A DNA stretch of 64,000 nucleotides, from contig OX597817.1 of the NCBI GenBank assembly GCA_951406725.2, positions 16,864,001-16,928,000 on the forward strand, given 5' to 3'. Shown here piece after piece: positions 40,461-53,777 of the stretch (its first letter is position 1; each line of letters opens with the position of its first letter). Source of the stretch: Octopus vulgaris (lineage: Eukaryota). The translations under genes were made by a program, and so were the position numbers. The notes below the pieces were generated by a model. That model worked only from the letters and a program-made list of their open reading frames with translations. It made no database searches and was not told the origin of the DNA.

Positions 40461-41164
40461 CTCATATCAAACGATGCAGGCCTGCTAACAATATATATAT
40501 ATTAGAAGAAATGAGGTACTCAGAAATCCAGATGGTTTTATATTTACAGATATTTATCAGTATGTTACATGTTTCTATACATCATATATCATATATCATA
40601 TATTAGCGCTTTCGTCCATTCTAGTGGAGTCTTCAAATTGAACTAAGTTTTTGCAGGAATTGACTCTTTTTATAGTATTATTGAGTGTGTAGTAGTGGGG
40701 AGAGATATAAGATAGTACAAGGGGGTGATGAATGGGGAGTAAGTAAGAGAGAGAATGTGTGTGTGTGTGTGTTTGTGCGTGTGTGTGTGTGTGTGTGCGT
40801 GTGTGTGTGCGGATGTGCGTGTGTGTGTATGTATGTGTGTGTATGTATGTGTGTGTGTTTTTGTATATGAAGGAAGTGTTAAATAAAAAGAAGGAAAAGA
40901 AGAAAAGGGAGAGAAAGAAGTAAAATTTTTGTTGATCTCTTTGCAGCTGGTCAGGTTGTCAATAATGATCGATTCTTGGCTTTTAGTAATGGTAAATCCA
41001 GCTGTTTACTCCAAGGGGAGCAAAATGTCACTTTTCAAAAAGTTGTCTGGATTTCCTTTTTATCATTGTCTTGTGAGAGAGTGAGTGTGTGTGTATGTGC
41101 GTGTGTGTGTGTGTATATATATATATATTTGAAGGGGAGATAACAAAGGAATAAATGATTATCT

Positions 41165-41250
41165 TATGAACTTATTTAGCTTTCAGCTGTTTCTACTATA
41201 AGATGCAGTGGACGCTTGAATTACACCTTATAGCTTCATCGGAGCCTCGA
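41165..41250 (-). ncRNA. Hammerhead-like motif with 13-bp stem II (Penelope-like)
   Basis: Minus strand ggct CCGATGA a gctataaggtgta..tgcatcttatagt a GAAA cagctg aA agct; cleavage-site U mutated; related to 46690-46770. Confidence 0.55.
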
Positions 41251-41566
41251 ATGTGAAGTTCAATTTATTTGGGAAAGAATTACATTTGTATCTATATAGA
41301 AACGGCATCAACAATGAGAAAGTCAACACAGATGTATATAAGAAAAGTGTATGTCCAAAATGTAATTACATATATCAAAAGGATGTGTTATAATACGATT
41401 CCACAACCATACCAACAATCTAATAATACTATTCCACATATACAAAATAGCCATACCAACAACCCAACATATCTCCATCATCTGCTGCCCACGGATATCA
41501 TTATGGTTTCGACACCTGGGCAGTACCATTCAATCCGGCGGCGTCAACAGCACTAAAATAAGTGTT

Positions 41567-41613
<47 letters not shown>

Positions 41614-42149
41614 CATATATGTGTGTGTTTGTGTGCGCGTGCATGTATATGTGTGTCTCTGTGCGTGCGTGCACGCGCTCTTAGTACCATGCGTCTGTAT
41701 GAAAGGTTCTCTCAGGACGAATATCACAGTATTAGGCATTCTAATACTACGTCCACATTGAATATGATATAACGATTGCCACACGCGCGCGCTCGCTCGC
41801 TCATGACAACATAAAATTAATCATTTAGAATCATCTGGAATTTTCATAACCGTTAACTGATTAATCGATTTTTGACACAGTTAAGAATCTTATATCTGAA
41901 AGGAAATAAATAGAAATTTCATTTCCTCTGCAATATTTATTCCGTAAAAAAAAAATTATTTAATAAGTAAAGTACACTTATATGGCCAAGGAAATAATAT
42001 ATATATATAAACATTCCATTTTTTAATAACGTATTATTATACTAAATGCGAAAAAAAGTAAAATTTTCTTAAGTTTAGCAATTGATATGCAAGCCTTGTA
42101 GCAATGTAGTTAACTGTTTTTAATATTTGATTCCACATTCAGTCATAAA

Positions 42150-43230
42150 AGAAATTTAATCTTTATTTTAAAAATAATCTCCCAAAATAAAATGCGTCAG
42201 CAGCTTTATCTGACAGAGTTGATCTTAATTTGATTTTGAATAAACCAACGGCTGAGAAAACTTCCTTGGCTCAACACCAGTTACTTTTACTGCTAACAAT
42301 TAGTTTAGTTCTTCGGTATTTTCACTTAAAGATACTATATTTTCAAAGCAGTTTTTAGTACATTGCTGACATTAGTATCTTAACTCTTGTATTTAAGTAT
42401 GGCTTTTAGATTTTTCATTGGTACTCGTATATTCTTTTGAAAAATACGAGTAAGGCTTCCTGACTTTCGTTCTGTTTCCCGCTCTTATCCATAATTTTTT
42501 CATTTTAGCTTTTCAGAAATTCTTTAAATAATCTTTCAAACACTTTCTCCTTACATTTTTTAAAACTTGCTTTTGAAGTTTCAGGCAAATAACATATTCC
42601 CTGATATAGTTCTTTATATAATCTTTCAAACATTTGCTCTCTACATATTTTAATACTTGCTTTTGAAGTGTCGGATAAATAATATTTTGTAGCAATTCTT
42701 TGTTAAGGAGAAATGATATGAATAACAGCTTCATTTTTATCTCTTAGAAGAATACCGTTCCAAAAGTCATTGATATAATTGAATGGCGGTAAAATTCTTC
42801 CTACACCTAAGTTTTCACAACAAAATATTTATTGATTATTCAACTTTTGAGTATATCAGTTTCCTCGATGAAAATTAAATAAAATATAAAATCCAACAAT
42901 TTTTAATAACTATTTCAATGAACCAGAGAGTCGCTCATAAGATTTTATATAGAATTTCATTCAGGATCTGATATTGTCCTTGTGTATCCAGTTACTCTTA
43001 CAACCTTAGGGATGCATATCTTTTTAACTTTCAGAATAATCGTTAAAAGAGTATTCTAGCGAGTTTTACAATCAAATGAAGTTTATTTTCCTTCCCATAT
43101 TTACGCTTAAAGTTACAAGATGTTTTGAAAAAGATTTACAAAATATTTTACATATTTCTTTTAACTCTTTCATTTAATGCTTTGGCATTTTCTTGAACTT
43201 CTGGGGAAAAGTAATTTTCCCTGGTATTCT
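42150..43230 (-). pseudogene. Decayed hAT transposase
   Basis: Minus strand DCKTR*NTLL (~43080-43045; TRWNS motif) and VFSAVGLFKIKLRSTLSDKAADAF (~42265-42190; dimerisation motif). Confidence 0.65.
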
Positions 43231-43429
43231 CCGAATTTAAATAATTCCTTGACGTGCCATGGTCTGGGAATCAAACTTCTTTAGTTTATGATATTTGCTA
43301 TGGAAGCCGTACATAGAGAGGACAGCACAAGGTGGAGACAAAAAAAAAACGAATGGGAAGAATGAATTAAGTATAATGAAAATGAAATGAAGCTGTTCGA
43401 CCCCACCTCCGAGCGACTTCATTGAACCT

Positions 43430-43814
43430 GTTACTCTTTTACTTGTTTCAGTCATTTGACTGCGGCCATGCTGGAGCACCGCCTTTACTCGAGCAAATCG
43501 ACCCCGGTACTTATTCTTTGTAAGCCCAGTACTTATTCTATCGGTCTCTTTTGCCGAACCGCTAAGTTACGGGGACGTAAACACACCAGCATCGGTTGTC
43601 AAGCAATGCTAGGGGGACAAACACACACGCACATACATATATACATATATACGACAGGATTCTTTCAGTTTCCGTCTACCAAATCCACTCACAAGGCATT
43701 GGTCGGCCCGTGGCTATAGCAGAAGACACTTGCCCAAGATGCCACGCAGTGGGACTGAACCCGGAACCATGTGGTTGGTTAGCAAGCTACTTAACACACA
43801 GCCACTCCTGCGCC
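43430..43814 (-). mobile_element. SINE-A, full length
   Basis: Full reverse-complement match. Confidence 0.94.
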
Positions 43815-43964
43815 TAGTATAACTGTTAGTATAACTTTTTTTTAAACCATTAGTTTATAATAACATTGATAATACCATTTGTAAGAGCTAATTTCTATTT
43901 TTTTTGGAAAATGTCCATGTTAAATTCCTTTAAAATATAACACCCTTTTTAGCATTGTGCTGAT

Positions 43965-45459
43965 GCCTGCAGGACAACTACTCTCCCCTCCATGCCTAGC
44001 AGTATGGCAGCCACCAGCCAGGCTACATCCACATCAAAGTCAATGTCTTCCACGTAATTCCTCAAAAGATACTCCGGGTCCGCCACCGCACAGTAAATGT
44101 CATCGAGCACCCACCCCCACTTCTGTTACATCCACTTTCATCGCTTTGTCCCATGTCTCTATTTCATTACAAAGTCCTTCTGTTTGTCTGTAATACAGTA
44201 TTACAAATTTATCCAAGAACCAGGGTGGAGAAATTTGGGGTTCTCGCGTGCTTGTGCTTGTGTTTATGTCAGGTGGGGTATGGAGAGGGTTGGTGTCTGT
44301 AGGGAGTGGTTTGGGTAGAGTGAGTGTGGGTGGGAGCCGGGTGGGTGTGGGATGGGGGTCATTATTTACAACGTGTGCCTTTTTCTCCACTTTCTTCTTT
44401 TTTTTCCCGCCTTTTCCCATCCATTATTCACCTCCTCTTCTTCGACGTTGGTACTGGTTTTCGTCTATGGTGCAGTTTCAGTCTCCTCGTGCTTCTCTTC
44501 AGCCTCCACGGGTGGTGGAAGACTTAATTACTTTTTCGTTCCCGTGTTTCTCTTTAGCCTTCACAGGTGGTGGAGGACAATCCGCTCTGATGTGACCTTT
44601 CAGGCCGCATTTATAGCACCGCGGAATTATCCTTTCCACTCCAATTGTCACTTCTCCGACCGTGATGGTCTCCACCATATTTCCAATGCCTTCCGAGGCC
44701 ACCTGTACTATCATGTCTAGGTTCTGCCCTTGCCAGTTCCTGTGGGGGGGAGGTTCTGGTAACCTGCAGGACCACTACCCACTCCTCCATGCCTAGCAGT
44801 ATGGCAGTCACCAGCCAGGCTACATCCACATCAAAGTCTTCTACCCTAACCCTGAAAGCACGTCTCCCAAGGTATACAGGTAGAAGCACCACTTCTGTTT
44901 TTAACGGTGTTGCTGAGTGCAGTCTGGCGGTAGCTACTTCCCGAAACTTCACCTCCACCGTTCAATACTTTCTTCTCCTGGCAAGGTAGGAAATCCCTTG
45001 CCAGACTGGTTTCAGTGCCTTTTCAATTTGGGCTGCAGACACTACTTCAATTTTTCTCATTGTCACCGCGTACGTCCTGTAAATTATCGTTTTTCCGTAT
45101 TTTTCTTTTAAAACTTCTTTGCGGGGAGAACACCTTCACATCGTTCCTCTCTCTTTTAATCATTTCCTTTAACCTTTTCAACTCCTTCAGACTCACGTCT
45201 TCGTTTTTTTTTTCCTTCGCGCCGCTTCTGCGTAATTTTTTTATCTCCATAGCCTCGTCAATTCTTTTCAGACTTTTCACTAATTCTTCCTCAGACGACA
45301 TAAAGTCTGAAGAAGAAGAACTCAAACATTCGTAATTCATAACACGACGCTCTCCCATTAAACAAGAGGGAAAACGTCGCACACCACCGCTGCAAGACAA
45401 CCGTTCAACAACAATCAATAACCGGAAGCAAACTTTTTACCACACACTCACACCTGCGC
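43965..45459 (-). mobile_element. SINE-headed ORF1/gag-like element (Tx1/L1-type ORF1 with CX2CX4HX4C knuckle), frameshifted, no ORF2 visible
   Basis: ORF pieces 45418-45047, 44958-44611, 44714-44499 (RCYKCGLKGHIRADC), 44420-44100 (Lys/Pro-rich); homologous copy at 63173-64000. Confidence 0.8.
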
Positions 45460-45699
45460 TCATAATGATGAGAGTACTTATCCAGTGATTAAAAGTGAAA
45501 AAAAATATTACCTTGATATTTAAATTAAGAATGCAAATTGTTCAGTACCATTTTCCTAATATTTGTTGTACTGGTCGTAGAAATCTGGCTCTAAGTCAAT
45601 TTCTTAAAACTCTACTTGATTTAAAAAACGATTAGCAATTCGGTTAAAACTAAAGTCGTTTTTACCGGATAATATTGCAACATCTTCAATAGCACGTTT

Positions 45700-46420
45700 T
45701 TTTTCTTCTTTCCAATAAACTACTTTGATTATTTTTTAATTCTTTGTTCACTAATTCCTCATGGTTTTTGCAGCATGAAAGAATTTCAAGTGAAAAGATA
45801 AAAATGGCGTAGAACCGTCTCTCCATTTAAATACTTTAGAACAGACGATACATTCTGCTTAATCCTTATTCTATTATTGAGACAACATCTTACATTCGCT
45901 TTGCTCTTCATAAGCGTTATACATGAGCGGCAACACAGATTTAATTTATTGCACATGTGCTCAAGTGTGTTCAACTCTAAGCTCAAACAGAAACGGGGAC
46001 TACTGTCGGCAACACAGCAACGCAAAGACTATCATTGATAAACTAGCAAGCAGATTTACGCATGGCCAAATTTTTCAGACTTAATTTATATTGCTTCATA
46101 TTTAATTGACTTCATGCTGCCAGATTTAGCAACTGGAAATACAAGAAACAGAAAACTTCTTTCTTTTTTTTTTGATAAAAACGTTAAACGCCTTAGCAGT
46201 CACGAAGACTGAGTTTTGAACGTAAAATACCATAATAAATTCTCAATTTAGTTTTTAAAGATAGCAAAAACTTATAACAAAAATGCATTAAAATTGTACG
46301 TGGGCATAAAACTACATATTTTCTCGCGAAACATGATGAGAAAAGACTCCTTTAAAGTGACGACTCTGTCTACGAAATAGTTACGTGTGACAATATGAAT
46401 TGAGTTTTGGTATGACAAAT
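45700..46420 (-). pseudogene. Possible second hAT transposase remnant
   Basis: LCCRSCITLM...RIRIKQNVSSVLKYL and a YAH remnant resemble hAT motifs; weak. Confidence 0.3.
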
Positions 46421-46661
46421 GGGATAAAGGTTAACTACTTTTCTTTCATAGATCAAAATTATTCGGCGATATAAAAAATATAACCGCTGTATTCTCGTAT
46501 TGAATGTACTTATAGACAACTAACAGATAGCGTGTGTGTGTGTGTGTGTGTTTTGATATTTCGCTTAGGCATTGCGAGACTAATAACTTGGTGTAGAACT
46601 CAATATACGTATGTTTCAGAACCAAGTATTAGACGAGTATAGAGCGGTAATAAAAAAAACA

Positions 46662-46826
46662 TGACACAGGAAAAACAATGGTTATATAATGAACTTCATT
46701 AGCTTACAGCTGTTTCTGCTTTAAGATGCAATGGACTTGTAGCTGAGTGCCTGAATAACACTCTATAGATTCACGAAACTGTAAGCTAATGAAGTTCCTA
46801 ACATAACCATTGCTTTTCCTATGTCA
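46662..46826. repeat. Inverted repeat of a Penelope-like end
   Basis: tgacacaggaaaaacaatggttat..gaacttcattagcttacag / ctgtaagctaatgaagttc..ataaccattgcttttcctatgtca. Confidence 0.8.
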
Positions 46827-46918
46827 CCTCCTTTTCTTTTATATATTTTGTAAGGGTTGTTTGTCAATTTTTTTAATTAATAAATAATAATTTATTAATT
46901 ACCCCTCTATTTTCTCAT

Positions 46919-46981
<63 letters not shown>

Positions 46982-46982
<1 letters not shown>

Positions 46983-47056
46983 TATGAATAAATGAAAGAA
47001 TGGAGTCGAACGAAGATGTTAACAAAATTCGACTCCATTCTTTCATTTATTCATAT
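46982..47056. repeat. Perfect 29-bp hairpin with 17-nt loop
   Basis: atatgaataaatgaaagaatggagtcgaa / ttcgactccattctttcatttattcatat. Confidence 0.92.
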
Positions 47057-47205
47057 ATAACACAAATTTCTGCACATGAACCCGGAGTTTCTACCCTTGG
47101 ACAGGTCGCTTCAACCGTGTTTCTGACGTGAATTTGCTACCCTGGTATCGGTTCAACGAATTTTCCATGCTGACGATAAACATAGGATAATTCATTCATC
47201 TATTG

Positions 47206-47274
<69 letters not shown>

Positions 47275-47699
47275 TAGTTTAAAATATATATGTTAGCAAC
47301 AGAAGCAGTATTAACACTGAGAGGTATTATTTATCCCCACTAAACGTAGATGTTCTGTTAGAACAAACTATACTGCGGTAGCTACCAGGAAAGAAACTCC
47401 CTTATTGGCTGTTGGTTTATGTCTGGTGGTTTCGGCACTGGAAGTGGTGGGTATTTATCTCCTCTCTAGTGATATAAACAATAGTTTATTTTGCACCAAA
47501 AGCCAATATGAGAGTTTCATTCGTGGTGTCTACCACAATATAGTTTGTTCTAACAGGCCATCTACGTTTGAAGTGGGAATAAATATATACCGAGATGCAT
47601 GCATAAATACATAAATGTGCGTGTGTGTATACATACATACATGCATACATGCATACATACATACATACATACATGCATGCATGCATACATGTGTATACA

Positions 47700-48021
47700 T
47701 TGGAGCACTCCGTCGGTTGCGACGATGAGGGTCCCAGCTGACACGATCAAGGGAACAGCTCGTGAAATTAACGTGCATGTGGTTGAGCACTCCACAGACA
47801 CGTGTACCCTTAACGCAGTTCTGAGGGAGATTCAGCGTGATACAGAGCGGGACAAGGCTGACCCTTTGAAATACAGGTGCTACTCATTTTTGCCAGCTGA
47901 ATGAACTGGAGCAACGTAAAAATAAGGTGTCTTGCTCAAGGACACAACGCGTCGCCGGGAATTGAACTCACGACCTTACGATTGTAAGCCGAATATCCCA
48001 ACCACTAAGCCACGCGCCTTC

Positions 48022-48022
<1 letters not shown>
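47700..48022 (-). mobile_element. SINE-C relative embedded in (TACA)n
   Basis: Reverse complement ggaaggcgcgtggcttagtggtt head; tail gcaaccgacggagtgctcca. Confidence 0.82.
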
Positions 48023-48069
<47 letters not shown>

Positions 48070-48384
48070 CATACATAAATACAAACATACAAACATACAT
48101 ACATACATACAGACATACAGACATACATACATACAAACATACAAACATACATACATACATACATACATACATACATACATACATACATACATACATACAT
48201 ACAAACATACAAAGATACATACATATATACAAACATACAAAGATACATACATACGTACATACATACATACATACATACATACAGACATACATACATACAT
48301 ACATACATACGTACGTACATACATACATACATACATACATACATACATACATGTATGTATGTATGTATGTATGTATGTATAAAT

Positions 48385-50750
48385 GTACCATCATATCATC
48401 ATAAGCAATACGTTTTTTGTTAACAATGACTGTCCATCTGTTAGTCGTTGTATCAGGAGTGAATTGATCCCTAGTTTCTGTCATCAAATGCTGTGTTGTC
48501 TAGTTGCTAGTATCAATCTCAAATCTCCTCATGTAACACTTGATCTTATCCTTGTTTTTACAGTTAGAGTCTACTCTAATTTGTCGTACTATCAGACAAT
48601 TATGTGATGGCAACAAAGTTTCCTCCATCCTTTGGACAGGCTCAAACAAGGTGAATTTTACTCATACCAAAACCATTTCCCTTGTTGGAAGCTTGACTCA
48701 CCGTAGTATGAGAATATTCTTAACATTGTTTCTGCATGTGTTGTTCATAATTTGTTTGAGGTGTTTCGTCATGAATAGATGCAGTGTTTTTTTGCCTTTT
48801 TGCAGTATATTATCTCTACTTACTATCCAAATAATAATATTATGACACTCAATATTCCGAATGTCGAACTAGCTTTCCTCATCCTGCAATCTAGTTCCAT
48901 CCTAAACCTATTATCATTACTGAGTGTACTGCCTAGATAAATAAAGTGGTTTTCCTCAACTAGCTCCTCCTTGGCAATGGTGATGGGCTCGGGTTGTGTC
49001 ACTTGGTTTGAATTAAACCTTGGCTTACAGAGGACTTCAGTTTTCCAGGTGTTAATTTCCGAGTCAAATTTCCGATTGTAATGTATAAAGTGTCTAACAA
49101 CTTCTGCATGTGCACTACTCTATAGTAGACAATGGTACTGTCATCAACGAATGTGGAGGCGCAATGGCCCAGTGGTTAGGGCAGCGGACTCGCGGTCATA
49201 GGATCGCGGTTTCGATTCCCAGACCGGGCGTCGTGAGTGTTTATTGAGCGAAAACACCTAAAGCTCCACGAGGCTCCGGCAGGGGATGGTGGTGATCCCT
49301 GCTGTACTCTTTCACCACAACTTTCTCTCACTCTTACTTCCTGTTTCTGTTGTACCTGTATTTCAAAGGGCCGGCCTTGTCACTCTCTGTGTCACGCTGA
49401 ATATCCCCGAGAACTGCGTTAAGGGTACACGTGTCTGTGGAGTGCTCAGCCACTTGCACGTTAATTTCACGAGCAGGGTGTTCCGCTGATCGGATCAACC
49501 GGAACCCTCGTCGTCGTAACCGACGGAGTGCTTCCATCCATCAACAAATAACATGTCTCCCTCTAAAATATGAATGCTCTTGCTCTTTAGGACCGACACC
49601 TCAAACAGGTTACTATCAGGTCTTGTCTGTGTGTACACACTATTTGAATTGCAGAATGTCTCCTTGAATATCAGACTCAAATAAAATGAGATAAGAATAA
49701 ACTATGTCAGTTTAGCATGCAGCTCTGACTCCTACAGCAATATCAAACTGTGCTGAGTTCATCAGCGTGAGGACTCTTCCATAGACATGAACCTTTTTGG
49801 ATCTCCAAATCTCTGAGTACCAGCCACTGACCCAATGTGTTCACAATGTCGATGAATACCGCATACACTGCTTTGTTTTGTTCGCTACATTTCCCCTTGA
49901 TGAATCTCTGCTGACAACACTAGTAGTTTGTAATTTGATCGCTTTGTTTTCATACCACTCCTACTTCATTTCACTGTTATGCTGTTGTTTAGTCTGTGTT
50001 TCTTTCAATTTAGCAAAGTATGGTCGAATGTTGGGATCCAGCAAACTTTGTTGGCGAGCTTTATTGCGTTGCTCTAACAGTGAAGCAAGAGTAGTATCCT
50101 TACAAGCAAACCAGTTTTGGTATTTCCTTGCTGCTTCACTAAGCACGGTTTTAGCCGTGTGATGCGAAGCGAAAACCATATTGCATTCAAACTGTCTAGT
50201 TTTTGTTGTATTTTCCATAATACCGGAATCTCAGTCGTATATTTTTTTTTTTATCAAAATCACCTCTATATTCCTATCTGCCAACTTTTGTGCTGCCAGT
50301 TTAATGAGCATGAAAACCTGGTGTTGTTTTGTTTGAAGATTATCATGAAAGCTATCTTCGATCAAAATATTTGGTAGCCTGTGTTACAGTTTTCCCTCTC
50401 GTTAATATGCACATCTCTGTCTTATTGCCTAGTTATGATATAGTCAAAAAGACGACAACGCTTCGAGCGCGGATGCTTCCAGGGCCTTTGATTCCCTGTT
50501 GGAAGATGGAGTCGCTTATGATGAGACCTCACTCGGAGCATATTTGAGATGCATCTCTCCATACCATGTTTTGCCACTTCTCTACTTTTTTTTCCAATGA
50601 GAGCATTAAAATCACTCATTAGTATCAGTTTGTCTTTCTCGATCACACTAACACACGTTTATTTGCAGTGTACAGTAGAACTCTTCATTGCTTCGTTAGG
50701 TTGATCAAAATACGTCAAAGCTGCGGTGTCATAGCAATCATTTTCTGTAA
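48385..50750 (-). pseudogene. Decayed RTE (BovB-like) LINE, interrupted by SINE-C
   Basis: LILMSDFNA and WKHPRSKRCRLFDYIITRQ (APE), RKYQNWF, ENHFIYLGSTLS (RT). Confidence 0.8.
49155..49542 (+). mobile_element. SINE-C, full length (tRNA-Arg-like, TCG at the anticodon position)
   Basis: ggaggcgcaatggcccagtggttagggcagcggactcgcgg...ggtttcgattccc; tail gtcgtaaccgacggagtgcttccatcc; apparent TSD catcaac at 49142 and 49539. Confidence 0.9.
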
Positions 50751-50889
50751 ACCCTCTCAAACACGAAATCCAGCCACTCAAAGCAGTTGGTTCCTAATCT
50801 ATTTTGGTTGACATACTTAATGAGAGTCAACTCCAGACACGTTCTTCTGCCATGCTAGTTTCCCTCTCCAAAAAATACATAAGTCATAT

Positions 50890-51123
50890 TACTCTTTACT
50901 CTTTACTCTTTTACTCTTTTACTTGTTTCAGTCATTTTGACTGCGGCCATGCTGGAGTACCGCATTTAGTCAAGCAAATCAACCCCGGGACTTATTCTTT
51001 TGTAAGCCCAGTACTTATTCTATCGGTCTCTATCGCTAAGTGACGGGGACGTAAACACACCAGCATCGGTTGTCAAGCAATGCTAGGGGGACAAAGACAG
51101 ACACACAAACACATACACACACA

Positions 51124-51173
<50 letters not shown>

Positions 51174-51446
51174 TATATATATATATGTATACATATATGT
51201 ATATATATTTATATATATATATATATATACATTTTTTTTTGTACTTGTTTCAGTCATTTGACTGCGGCCATGCTGGAGCACCGCCTTTAGAGTGGTGAAA
51301 GCAGGGATCACCACCATCCCCTGCCGGAGCCTCGTGGAGCTTTTAGGTGTTTTTCGCTCAATAAACACACACAACGCCCGGTCTGGGAATCGAAACCTCG
51401 AACCTCCGACCGCAAGTCCGCTGCCCTAACCACTGGGCCATTGCGC

Positions 51447-51488
<42 letters not shown>

Positions 51489-51653
51489 TACGACAGGCTT
51501 CTTTCAGTTTCCGTCTACCAAATCCACTCACAAGGCATTGGTCGGCCCGGGACTATAGCGGAAGACACTTGCCCAAGCTGCCACGCAGTGGGACTGAACC
51601 CGGAACCATGTGGTTGGTTAGCAAGCTACTTACCACACAGCCACTCCTGCGCC
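50890..51653 (-). mobile_element. SINE-A carrying a nested chimeric SINE-C-head/SINE-A-tail unit (51448-51232) in its internal microsatellite
   Basis: Minus-strand order: A head, (TA)n, C head, A tail, A9, (TA/TG)n, A body, A tail. Confidence 0.88.
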
Positions 51654-52079
51654 TATTCACAATATTCACATATTCTGGCAGCCTCGTCTCGCAAGGAGCA
51701 ACTATTGTGATGCTGCATCTATCTAATTCCATTGTTACGAGTGTAGTTTACCTCTCTTATCGATCATGGTCTCCTCTGTTTGACAGTATTTTCACACTCC
51801 ATGAGCCAAATATAAAGTCGATTTCCCAGTTGCTGAGAGAGTGAGGCCGCCACCACGATATTGGTGACTCAGGTAGTGATCGATCCAGTATACTATTGAT
51901 TTATCAGCTTCATTTCATAAGTTTGATTACAAAAGATTTATGCGATAATAGCTGAGTGTCAGAGTTTTCACAACTTTCAGGTAGAGTTGGTTGTCATTGG
52001 ATGATGAGCAAGTCTCATTGTTGATAAATATACAAACAGCCCACTGCTACCTTTTACGTCAGATCTCTACTGTCAACAA

Positions 52080-52080
<1 letters not shown>

Positions 52081-52159
<79 letters not shown>

Positions 52160-52372
52160 ACACACACAAACACACACACACACAGACACGAACACACACA
52201 CACACAGACACAGACACAGACACACACACACACACAGACACAGACACACACAGACACACACACAAACACACACACACACACAGACACACACACAGACACA
52301 CACAGACACACACAGACACACACAAACACACACACACACAGACATACACACACACACACACACACGCACACG

Positions 52373-52404
<32 letters not shown>

Positions 52405-52411
52405 CACACAC
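52081..52411. repeat. (CA)n/(CAGA) field, followed by an old tRNA-headed SINE (52412-52690)
   Basis: Seen directly; aggcgcatggcctagtgattagg head. Confidence 0.85.
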
Positions 52412-53099
52412 AGGCGCATGGCCTAGTGATTAGGATGTTGTACTCACGATCGCGAGGTAATGGTTTCGATTCTCAGACCGGGCGGTGCGTTGTGTTCTTG
52501 AGCATAACATTTCAATTCACGTTGCCCTGCGATCATTTCAACATATAGTGTGTGACACACTTGTGCACCTGTACAGCCAATGTCGCTTTGATGGAGTGGG
52601 TGAGCTTATGTAATCACTATAAGCAAATTATTCCGTGTGGTTGTTCAGCAAGAAATTGCGGAACCTTCAGCCGTTGTTTCCCGACGGGAGATATAACTTC
52701 CGTTTCTCCCTAAAATATCAGGTCAGCCATCAGTATACGGCTAGAACATTGCAGTAGACACAAGCGGTTCGTCGACTCACCAACCAAACAGAGATGCCAA
52801 AGACATCCAAAAGCCCAACTAGAACATTAAAACCCTGAATATCCGCAGTGACGACACAAAAGCAGAGCATTTTCCTCTTTAAAAGTGGTACTCCAGCATG
52901 GCCTTGACTGTCATCATTAAAATAAATATCTCATATGAGCAATTCTTATGAATATGACGTATTGCTTCAATAAACATGGTAAGCATTGGAATTAAATGGG
53001 TTAGACATTGCACCTGAAAGTACTTATGTATGTTTGACTATATTGAATGTACACACACACACTCACTTACTCACACACACACACATACACACACCAAGC

Positions 53100-53744
53100 A
53101 CATGTATGTATGTATGTATGTATGCATGCATGTATGTATGTATGTATGCATGCATGTATGTATGTATGTATGTATGTATGCATGCATGTATGTATGCATG
53201 TATGTATGTATGTATGTATGTATGTATGTTTGTATGTATGTATGTATGCATGCATGCATGCATGCATGAATGTATATATGTATGTATGTTTGTATGTATG
53301 TATGTATGTATGTATGTATGTATGTATGTATGTATGTATGTATGTATGTATGTATGTATGTATGTATGTATGTATGTATGTATGTATGTATGTATGTATG
53401 TATGTATGTATGCATGCATGCATGTATGTATATATGTATGTATGTATGTACGAACGTACGTACGTACGTATGTATGCATGTATGTATGTATATATGTATG
53501 TACGTATGTATGTATGTATGTATATATGTATGCATGCATGTATGTATGTATGTATGTATGCATGCATGCATGTATGTATGTATGTATGTATGTATGCATG
53601 CATGCATGTATGTATATATGTATGTATGTATGTACGAACGTACGTACGTACGTATGTATGCATGTATGTATGTATGTATGTATATATGTATGTACGTATG
53701 TATGTATGTATGTATATATGTATGTACGTATGTATGTATGTTTG

Positions 53745-53777
<33 letters not shown>

